Below are positions 54,998 to 62,988 of a stretch of 64,000 nucleotides of DNA, in pieces; positions within the stretch are counted from its first letter, which is position 1; each line of letters opens with the position of its first letter. The stretch is from a virus. Under the pieces are notes generated by a model. That model was not told the DNA's origin. It ran no database searches and saw nothing but the letters and a program-made list of their open reading frames with translations. Location of the stretch: IMG/VR virus record IMGVR_UViG_3300008255_000099, positions 96,001-160,000 of that record. One strand, 5' to 3'. The translations under genes were made by a program, and so were the position numbers.

Positions 54998-55673
54998 TAC
55001 TTCCTTCTATCTTTAGCAATTCTGGCAAATTGTTAAACAAATCAGTTAATTCTGATTTATTTTGTTCTTCTATATACAAATCCAACCTTTTATAAATGGA
55101 AATTATCTTATCAATAGATTGTTTGTTTTTTATGTTCTTTCTTAAAAAATCTCCACATAATTTACTTATGATGATATTTATTGTATCCACATCCATTCCA
55201 AGGATTAAAAATTCATCTTTTTTATTATTTTGATCTTTATAAAATTTTTGTGTTTCATATTCTAATTTCGATTGTGTTGATTCTTGTTTTAGTCCACCTA
55301 TTTCTGCTAGAATTAAGATAGATTCCTTGAAGCTATTTGTTTTAGCTATTTTTTCAACAAAATTCAGAGCATTTCCACCTTCTGATTCGGCGAAACAATA
55401 CCACAATCCCTTTGAAAAATTAGCATAAAGATTTGGTGTTGATGTGTCTTGGTGAAATGGGCAAAAATATATTTTTTCTCCATTTGGCAACTCCAATTGA
55501 CAGTCCATTTGATAATAATCAAAAACTGTTTCTAGTTTAACACTTTCTATTACAATTTCTGCAAATTCTTTTGAAAAAATAACTTCATCTTTTTTATCGT
55601 CTATTTTTTCGTTAAAGTTTTGTGAGCATTTTTTTATAATAGCAGAAAATTTATTGTAAATCATCTTCGACAC
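54990..55673 (-). CDS. Stand-alone CHC2 zinc-finger (primase zinc-binding domain) protein
   Basis: CPFHQDTSTPNL...WYCFAESEGGNALNFV...SFKESILILAE. Confidence 0.8.
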   Translation of the reverse strand: MSKMIYNKFSAIIKKCSQNFNEKIDDKKDEVIFSKEFAEIVIESVKLETVFDYYQMDCQLELPNGEKIYFCPFHQDTSTPNLYANFSKGLWYCFAESEGGNALNFVEKIAKTNSFKESILILAEIGGLKQESTQSKLEYETQKFYKDQNNKKDEFLILGMDVDTINIIISKLCGDFLRKNIKNKQSIDKIISIYKRLDLYIEEQNKSELTDLFNNLPELLKIEGSNE

Positions 55674-57195
55674 CTACATCTACTGGAAGAACAACTTCTT
55701 CCAGTTCTTTTTCAATTTTTGTTGTCATTTCATTATAAACAGATGCCATTTCCGAGGTATCTCGTTTTCCTCCGAATGCAGTTACTGCTTTTTGATTTTT
55801 TTCAATTGGAACAATCTTACAGATTTCAGGATCATATGCTAAAAAGAAATTTTCAAAGAAGAAATCTCTAGCTTTAATGCAGTGTAGCCACATCAACAAA
55901 TGTGGTGAAGGTTCTGAAACTTCCTGTGGAGACAGGCCAACAACAATATCAGCATAATCCATTGTCTTTTTGGAATCAGCAATCATTTCACCATACCACT
56001 TAAAATTCTCTATGTCATTGCTTTCTTGTTTCTTTCTACTAGCTTTTAATCCTTCTCTATTTATCTGCTGTGCTGTAACCATCGGGATTTCATAGACTCT
56101 TGCCATTCTTCTCAATTCTCTTGTGGCTTTTGCTATTTTTTCATAATCTTTACCATCCTGCACACCACTCTCTTGAACCATATTCCCAAGATAATCAACG
56201 AATATAACATCTGGCTTATTTCCAGAAGAAATTAAGTTTTTAATATGAAATTCTATCTCTTCTGAACTACAATTATCTGGCTGATCAATAAAATAAAAAT
56301 AAGAATCACTTTCTTTTTCTTGTCTATCAAGAAATCTTTTCCAGATTTTATCTTGATTTTCATTTAGACTAAAATTCTTAAAGTTAGCATATGGAACCCC
56401 CGTATTTAACGAATAATATCTAGCCATACACTGCCACAAAGGCATTTCGAATGAAAAGAATAAAACATTCTTGTTTTCTTTGTGTGCATTTGATGCACAA
56501 TTCAACAAAACCGTTGACTTACCTTTCCCTGCTTCTCCTAAAAACACAACTAATTGTCCAGATTTAATTCCACCAGATGCTTCATCAAGTTCTGGGATAC
56601 CAAATTTTATAGTCCCTAATCTTTTAATCCTTTTTTCTTCTGCTTCCCAAAATTCAATAGCAGAATCTTTATCTGCCCCAACATCTAAAATCTTTGTCGG
56701 GATACCCTCCACAAAATGTGATGATTCTATTTCATACCAAAAATCTTTAGATTTTTTCGTTGCCTCATATGCATCTAAATTTGTAAACCAATCTTTCATT
56801 TTAGAGGGAAATTCAAAAGATTTTCTTTTCAAAGATCTCATCTTTAATTCTTCAATTAAATATTCAAAATTACTATTTTTTGTGTTCTGGGACATAACCT
56901 TGGCAAAAGAAGTATTTAAACCAATTAATCTTTCTTGATCTAATTGTCTTTTGTTTAATTCGTTCTGAAATGCTTCTTGGGTTATGCTGGAATTGAATTT
57001 ATAATAGAATTCAACAATAATTTTATAAATCCCAGAATAAAATGGGAATCTTGATTCTTCTGGAATAAAACAAAAATGTTTATAATTAAGCGCTTTATTA
57101 ACAGCTTGTCTAAGATTGTTCTCGTCTTCAAGAACAAAAGAAAGTATTTTTATTTCTAATTCTTCTTGTGGAATTACATCTTCTGATATGTTCAT
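55651..57195 (-). CDS. dnaB: DnaB-like replicative helicase
   Basis: IKFGIPELD, VFLGEAGKGKST, FFSFEM, IFVDYLGNM, LRRMAR, TAQQINREG, DYADIV, IKARD. Confidence 0.9.
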   Translation of the reverse strand: MNISEDVIPQEELEIKILSFVLEDENNLRQAVNKALNYKHFCFIPEESRFPFYSGIYKIIVEFYYKFNSSITQEAFQNELNKRQLDQERLIGLNTSFAKVMSQNTKNSNFEYLIEELKMRSLKRKSFEFPSKMKDWFTNLDAYEATKKSKDFWYEIESSHFVEGIPTKILDVGADKDSAIEFWEAEEKRIKRLGTIKFGIPELDEASGGIKSGQLVVFLGEAGKGKSTVLLNCASNAHKENKNVLFFSFEMPLWQCMARYYSLNTGVPYANFKNFSLNENQDKIWKRFLDRQEKESDSYFYFIDQPDNCSSEEIEFHIKNLISSGNKPDVIFVDYLGNMVQESGVQDGKDYEKIAKATRELRRMARVYEIPMVTAQQINREGLKASRKKQESNDIENFKWYGEMIADSKKTMDYADIVVGLSPQEVSEPSPHLLMWLHCIKARDFFFENFFLAYDPEICKIVPIEKNQKAVTAFGGKRDTSEMASVYNEMTTKIEKELEEVVLPVDVGVEDDLQ

Positions 57196-57207
57196 TTTAT
57201 CTCCTAA

Positions 57208-57951
57208 CTAATATGTCTTTGGCTCAAAGGTTGTATCACCTTGGGGTAAATATATAAAAATAGATTCCTGAATAAACCTTTGAGTAACAGGCCCGAACAT
57301 ATTTATTAATTCTGAATAGCTATTGGTCGTTGTAAAAATAGTTACTTTTCCATGAGTGCTCCTATATTCCATCATTGCTTCAAATTTTCTCTTAAAAGCA
57401 TTTGTAGGATCATAGTTTTTGTTATTAATTCCATCAATAGTAACAATCTGTTTGTTTTTAAACAAACTCTCTATTTCTTGTGTTTCTGAAATACTATTTG
57501 GATCTAGATGGTATTTCATAAAACCATCTAGGATGTAATACCAAGAAAAGAAAAAGGAACTATTTAAATTTATTGACGCAGCTTCTTTTGTCACAGCAGA
57601 AGCAAGTAGCGTTTTACCGGAAGATTTACCACCACAAAATATGATATTAAAGACATTGATGTTATCGTTATTACTATTTTTTATTGTAATAATTTCACCA
57701 TTTAAAATTTTGTTTAAGTTGTCTATGTATTGAATAACAAAATCTTTTGCTTTTGTCTTCATGTTCCTATCTACTATGCTTAATTCATTACCATAAGCAT
57801 CTTGTCGAATATTAAAATCTTCTATTGTATATCCCCAATATTCATGTGGTATATTGATTGTTTTATATTTTGATTCAATATAATGATCATAAATTTCATC
57901 ATTAAAAATTGCTTCTCCATTCTCATTAATTACAAATGGTTTTTTGTCCAT
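57208..57951 (-). CDS. DnaC/IstB-like helicase loader
   Basis: IPHEYWGYTIEDF, IFCGGKSSGKTLLASAV, VTIDGI, RSTHGKVTIFTT; directly upstream of dnaB. Confidence 0.75.
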   Translation of the reverse strand: MDKKPFVINENGEAIFNDEIYDHYIESKYKTINIPHEYWGYTIEDFNIRQDAYGNELSIVDRNMKTKAKDFVIQYIDNLNKILNGEIITIKNSNNDNINVFNIIFCGGKSSGKTLLASAVTKEAASINLNSSFFFSWYYILDGFMKYHLDPNSISETQEIESLFKNKQIVTIDGINNKNYDPTNAFKRKFEAMMEYRSTHGKVTIFTTTNSYSELINMFGPVTQRFIQESIFIYLPQGDTTFEPKTY

Positions 57952-57973
57952 AATTTTATACTCCTATCAGAAT

Positions 57974-58028
57974 CAACAAGGCCATCCGTTGCTCCAATTA
58001 TACACGAGAGCAACGGGTGGCCTTGTTG
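57974..58028 (-). promoter_or_regulatory. 21-bp inverted repeat with TGTATAAT motif in the loop
   Basis: CAACAAGGCCATCCGTTGCTC / GAGCAACGGGTGGCCTTGTTG (one mismatch), loop CAATTATACACGA; no U-tract on the coding strand. Confidence 0.65.
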
Positions 58029-58043
58029 GAAAAATAAATTAGA

Positions 58044-59786
58044 TTATTGAGTCATCAACCCATCAACAATTTCTTCTTCCCCGCTTTTTTCTGGCGCATC
58101 ATTGAAGTCAAGATCGTCCCCAATACTACGACCTTTGTCTTCGTCCTCGTCGTCTCTTCTCGTCTCGTTAGAGCCAGAAGTAGCGTATCTGGCTCTTTTC
58201 TTTGCCCACTCACGCAGAGTTTCAATGTCTTCTTTCATGGTTTTAGACAAAGGAATTGTTGCATTCAAAGCTACCATGATATCATCTGTGTTAAATTCTC
58301 TTTCTTCCGAAAATGCTTTAAACATACCTTCGATAATCGCCTGTTCAATTTCAGCCCCGGTATGCCCCAGGGAAGATTCTGCAAGAGCAGCAATATCATA
58401 GACTTTTGGATCCCTTTTTCGCTTTTGAATATGGATATCAAAAATAGACATTCTCTCTTCTTTGTTCGGCAAATCAACGAAGAAGATTTCGTCGAATCTA
58501 CCTTTTCTCAATAATTCCGGCGGCAGGCCAGAGATGTTGTTTGCCGTAGCAACAACAAAGACTGGTTGAGTCTTTTCGTTCATCCACGTCAAAAACGACC
58601 CGAAGACACGAGCGGCCGTGCCGGCGTCGGAGCGATCTGACGATTTTGTGCCCGCCATGCCTTTTTCAATTTCATCAATCCACAAAACACATGGGGCAAC
58701 AGCTTCAACAATTCGCTGCACCTCACGCATATTTGCTTCTGATTGACCAACAATCCCACCGAAAACACGCCCAACATCAAACCGCAGCAACGGCATTTGA
58801 TAGAGAGCGCTGGCGGCTTTTGCCGTCAAGCTCTTACCACAACCCTGAATCCCCACGAGAAGGACCCCCTTGGGGTTGGGCAACCCATATTCCCTTGCCC
58901 GATCAGAGAAGGCTTGTTTTCTTAACGTCAACCAATCCTTCATTTCGTCCAAGCCGCCAATTTGTTCGACGCCACCTTCCATTTTAACAAATTCGACCAA
59001 CCCAGATTTCCTAATTTGCTCTTCTTTAGCTGCAATAATCTTTTCAACTGACAAGCGATTATTGCGGACTATTTGATAGGCCAACACTGCTTTAAATTCA
59101 CATTCTGTAAGTCCCAAAGATCCATTAAGAATTGTTTCTTTTTCAACAGGATCAATTTCATCTTGGATATCTTTATTCTCAAGCTTACCTTGTTTCTTAC
59201 GATTTTTTACAGATTCTAACAAATTATCAATAATATTCGACAACAAATTTTTATCTGGCAACGGGAAATCAATAATTTGTACAACTTTATTCAGATCCGT
59301 CGGAATCTTTTGATCTGAAGAAACAATAAATAAGCATTTTCTTTGCAAAGAATTCGCAAAGTTTTTGATTCTCCTGATAATTGCGATAGCGCCAGGATCT
59401 TCATAGTTCCCCTGACCGCTTGAACCCCAAAACTTGTGGAAATCGTTCATAACGAAAATTCCACCTTCTTGCTCCTGGGAATATTGAATTGAATCTATAA
59501 ACTCAATGGCAGAAATCGGATCGACATAATCAGAAGGGTCTGTAATTTTGTTTGAGGATTTCGGATATTCTTGGTACAATCCATTAGCACAATCCCAAAA
59601 AAACAACTCTGTTTTTCTTGATCTTGCAATTTCAATCATTGCCTCTTTCACACGAGATTCTTCCCAAGAAATAATCATTGAAACTGGACGCCGAGCCTTA
59701 ACAGTTGAAACAATACATTGATATGCTTCCAACTCCTGTTCGGATTTGAGCCCATCAAACAGTTCTTGTTCGGTCTTTTCGGACAT
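58044..59786 (-). CDS. Ycf46-like AAA+ ATPase
   Basis: SWEESR, FVMNDFHKF, IDFPLPD, LGLTECE, IGGLDEMKDWL, KGVLLVGIQGCGKSLTAKA, VLWIDEIEKG, ATANNI..LPPELLRKGRFDEIFFVDLP; ATG 59786 with GAGG SD (GTG 59798 alternative). Confidence 0.88.
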   Translation of the reverse strand: MSEKTEQELFDGLKSEQELEAYQCIVSTVKARRPVSMIISWEESRVKEAMIEIARSRKTELFFWDCANGLYQEYPKSSNKITDPSDYVDPISAIEFIDSIQYSQEQEGGIFVMNDFHKFWGSSGQGNYEDPGAIAIIRRIKNFANSLQRKCLFIVSSDQKIPTDLNKVVQIIDFPLPDKNLLSNIIDNLLESVKNRKKQGKLENKDIQDEIDPVEKETILNGSLGLTECEFKAVLAYQIVRNNRLSVEKIIAAKEEQIRKSGLVEFVKMEGGVEQIGGLDEMKDWLTLRKQAFSDRAREYGLPNPKGVLLVGIQGCGKSLTAKAASALYQMPLLRFDVGRVFGGIVGQSEANMREVQRIVEAVAPCVLWIDEIEKGMAGTKSSDRSDAGTAARVFGSFLTWMNEKTQPVFVVATANNISGLPPELLRKGRFDEIFFVDLPNKEERMSIFDIHIQKRKRDPKVYDIAALAESSLGHTGAEIEQAIIEGMFKAFSEEREFNTDDIMVALNATIPLSKTMKEDIETLREWAKKRARYATSGSNETRRDDEDEDKGRSIGDDLDFNDAPEKSGEEEIVDGLMTQ

Positions 59787-59870
59787 CTTGTTTGCCACCT
59801 CTTACTTGGGATACCGCCGGGGGCCGGTTCGCCGGCACCACCTCTATATAGTACACCAAAGCCAAACACC

Positions 59871-60731
59871 TCAACCAGTGGAACATTTTTGTTTATTTTT
59901 TATGATTTGATTATAGTGCTCTGGTGCAGTTCCAGAATAATCATTATTTCTCCACCAAGATTCATGCTTCGATTCGCAAGAGGTTATAATCTGATCAAAA
60001 ATTTCTCTCCAATATAGAATCAGAAAATCATCTGGATAAGGACTCATATTAATGCTCTTTTTTATAATTTTGTTAACATCAATTATTTTTCCAGCTTTAA
60101 CAAGGCCATTCATTCGATTAAAAACTAAACTTATAATTTCTTCTTCTGTTTTATTAGCAAAATTAAATAAATAAGTCGCAGAGATTGGGATCCCATAATT
60201 TGACAAAAAATCCACAAGCGTCATATTCTCTGAGATTAATTTAGCCTTTAAATTATTTAAGAATTCAGCGTCGTTTATTTCTAGAACAGAATTATCTACG
60301 GAACTTGAATTTTCTGAAAGGAAGATGTTGATGTATTTCTTTAAATCAGGGATTAAAAATGTCAATGATGTTTTTAATACCATTTCTTTATTTTTAACAC
60401 ACCAATCAATTAAATCTTTTAGGACAACCTTTGAATTATGACCAGATTTTGAAATTGAAGATCTTAATTCTTTTATTGTTATTTTATCAGCACCCCAATT
60501 TTTAATAATATACTCATTACCAAAAATTTTCTTAAAAGCTTGACCAAAATAGATAATAAAATCTTTATCATTCCATTCCTCTAATGGTTTGATACTGTTT
60601 TTATTTTGTGCTATTTTCCATTTAGAAATTTTTTCATTATTCTTATTCTTTTCATTTGAATCTAATGAGATAGCTCTAATTAGAGATTCTATTTCATTAT
60701 TTTCTGTCTTTTTGTTAGTCATTTGTTTCAT
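59871..60731 (-). CDS. Hypothetical protein
   Basis: 286 aa; KPLEEWNDKDFIIYF type N-terminal motif; start may be 60722. Confidence 0.65.
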   Translation of the reverse strand: MKQMTNKKTENNEIESLIRAISLDSNEKNKNNEKISKWKIAQNKNSIKPLEEWNDKDFIIYFGQAFKKIFGNEYIIKNWGADKITIKELRSSISKSGHNSKVVLKDLIDWCVKNKEMVLKTSLTFLIPDLKKYINIFLSENSSSVDNSVLEINDAEFLNNLKAKLISENMTLVDFLSNYGIPISATYLFNFANKTEEEIISLVFNRMNGLVKAGKIIDVNKIIKKSINMSPYPDDFLILYWREIFDQIITSCESKHESWWRNNDYSGTAPEHYNQIIKNKQKCSTG

Positions 60732-61425
60732 TTACAATCTCCGTCATAGTTTGATCCAGTTCCTCAATGGTTGTTTTATCATTTCTTATTTTAAGCTGAA
60801 AAACCTTGTCAACATTATTTATTAATTCATCAGAATGTGTGGTAAATATCAATTGTCTACCATCACCTTCTGCCCCTTTTCCGTCAGGGTTTAAAGTCGC
60901 TCGCAAGACATCGGAACACCCTGGTAAACGATTTTTATCTAGATGTTTAAAAGTCTCGTCGGCCATCAACGGACCTTCTATTCTTGGGGATGTTATTTCA
61001 ATCATGGAAATTGCCAAGCACATAGATACTACATCAATCAAACCACCTCCTCGGTGTTCAAGTTTTGTTGTCGAATCTATCCCTGGCAAATCAACAAACA
61101 TAGGATTTGTGACCCTTATCTCTGCGTGTGATGAATTTCTTTTTTCAGAATAATCTATTCTAACTTCATAACCTTCACCAAAAGTACTTTTGAGCCCAAT
61201 TGTCCCTATTTCTTCAACAATAGTTTTTGAACGAAGCTTTCCTTGCTCAAGGTATTCAAAACATAAATTTCTTGCCTTCTCCGTTAATTTTCTTTTGGTA
61301 AGTGTTTTTTCGAATTCTATTTTTTCCTTTTCTATTTGCTTTTGGATGTTGTTTCTTTTTTCTTGTTTAATAATCAACTCTTGAAGTTGGTTGGTTACCT
61401 TTTTTTCTAAATCATCAATTGTCAT
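60715..61425 (-). CDS. SbcC/Rad50 C-terminal ATPase half
   Basis: Coiled coil then HRGGGLIDVVS (signature), PLMADETFKHLD (Walker B/D-loop), QLIFTTHS (H-loop). Confidence 0.85.
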   Translation of the reverse strand: MTIDDLEKKVTNQLQELIIKQEKRNNIQKQIEKEKIEFEKTLTKRKLTEKARNLCFEYLEQGKLRSKTIVEEIGTIGLKSTFGEGYEVRIDYSEKRNSSHAEIRVTNPMFVDLPGIDSTTKLEHRGGGLIDVVSMCLAISMIEITSPRIEGPLMADETFKHLDKNRLPGCSDVLRATLNPDGKGAEGDGRQLIFTTHSDELINNVDKVFQLKIRNDKTTIEELDQTMTEIVNETND

Positions 61426-61660
61426 TTAATTTTCTTTCTACTTCTTGGATCTTCTCTTCAAGTTCACTTTCCATCTCTGGAATTTTATCTTTAAGAATTT
61501 TTATTGAACAATTAAACTTCTCTTCACATTCTTTCATTAATTCATCTTTTTGATTTTCTATTTGAAAATATTCTCCTTGTAATCTTGCTATTTTACTTTG
61601 AGAATCTTCAATCATTGTTTTAAGTTCTTCTGTCTTTTTCAACATCTCTTCATAATCCAT
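61415..61660 (-). CDS. Small coiled-coil protein
   Basis: 81 aa heptad pattern between sbcD and the SbcC C-half. Confidence 0.65.
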   Translation of the reverse strand: MDYEEMLKKTEELKTMIEDSQSKIARLQGEYFQIENQKDELMKECEEKFNCSIKILKDKIPEMESELEEKIQEVERKLNDN

Positions 61661-61671
61661 TAAAATCTCCT

Positions 61672-62634
61672 TTATTCTGATGAAATTATTGACTGAAGTT
61701 CATCAATAACAATTGCTATTTCTTCCTCAGAAGCATCCATCTCTTTTGCAAATTTTATAAAATCTTGACATGGATCATCTGATTTTTCTTGAACATTTCT
61801 AACTCGTAGTTCAGCTATCTTCTCTCTTAAAGATTTTGCATCTAATCTTCGTTCTTTATTTACTTGAACTTTATTTAAATCAAAAATATCCTCTGAATTT
61901 TTTGCTGATTGTAATGGTTTGTACTCAATAGATATTTGATCTTTATCAACATCAACAACAGCAATTTGAATTTGTCTCTCAATATTAGCTTGAATTGCAC
62001 TTATTCTGCAAAGACTACCAGGATTTGCAAAAACCACATCATCTTCTCTAATAATTGGTGAATTTCCCGGATGATAATGCCCACTTATCACAAGTTTTGT
62101 GTTTTCATGTGTTTGAAAATCATTAATTAAAACATAATTGCCTTCAAAAAATGGATTTTCCAAAATATTTGCGTGCATAGCATAAATCAGAGCATCATTA
62201 GAAGACCAGTCTTGTTCTTCTATTTTGTTAATGTAATGTCCACAAAAAATAGAATATTTCTCTATGAAAGTTTCACATTTTACAATTCCAGAATCAATCA
62301 AAGTGCCCAATGCTGTCCTATAAATAGTGTCTGGGTTTTGTCCTGAAATATCATGATTCCCTACTACGACATATTTATCAAAAGACCAAGGGTTTCCGTC
62401 GGGTTTTTTATTAAATAGATTCAGGACCTCATTCCGAACAGAGCCAGAGGGTTCCTCTCTATCAAAGATATCACCAAGAAAAATAACACCATCACATTTA
62501 ATCTCCTCTGCCATCAAAAGAGACTCAATGACTAATGATTTTAATTCTTGTCGATAATCATCTTTTCTATTTATTGGGTTTTCCCATCTCCAATGGATAT
62601 CACCAATAAACATAATCTTATATTTTTCTAGCAT
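61672..62634 (-). CDS. sbcD: SbcD/Mre11-like nuclease (metallophosphoesterase)
   Basis: IGDIHW, LGDIFD, VVGNHD, AMH, ISGHYH, NPGSL. Confidence 0.88.
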   Translation of the reverse strand: MLEKYKIMFIGDIHWRWENPINRKDDYRQELKSLVIESLLMAEEIKCDGVIFLGDIFDREEPSGSVRNEVLNLFNKKPDGNPWSFDKYVVVGNHDISGQNPDTIYRTALGTLIDSGIVKCETFIEKYSIFCGHYINKIEEQDWSSNDALIYAMHANILENPFFEGNYVLINDFQTHENTKLVISGHYHPGNSPIIREDDVVFANPGSLCRISAIQANIERQIQIAVVDVDKDQISIEYKPLQSAKNSEDIFDLNKVQVNKERRLDAKSLREKIAELRVRNVQEKSDDPCQDFIKFAKEMDASEEEIAIVIDELQSIISSE

Positions 62635-62643
62635 TTAAAAACC

Positions 62644-62964
62644 TCACAAACTTAAATTCTTAAAACAACCCTGATCCACATAAAGTTTTTGTCCTTCTCT
62701 TTCTAAATTAATTAATCTAAATTGTTTAATAGTTATTTTTTGAAATCCAATTGTTTTATTCATCTCTGTCTTCTCGCCCAGGTTATAACACCTTCCTTCT
62801 ACAATAATCATTTCTGAAAGAGAAATTTTCGGATCTTTTATTTTTTTTAAAAATTCATTCCCTTCTTCATTTGAGACAACAATAGAAAAAGAGTTTCCTT
62901 CTGTTTGAATATTTAAATAGACCCCATCCTCGTTCAGAAAACTTTCATAGTAGCTAGATGACAC
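62644..62964 (-). CDS. Hypothetical protein
   Basis: 106 aa, GTG start with AGGAG SD. Confidence 0.55.
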   Translation of the reverse strand: MSSSYYESFLNEDGVYLNIQTEGNSFSIVVSNEEGNEFLKKIKDPKISLSEMIIVEGRCYNLGEKTEMNKTIGFQKITIKQFRLINLEREGQKLYVDQGCFKNLSL

Positions 62965-62988
62965 GTCACTTCTCCTGTTTGCTAAAAT

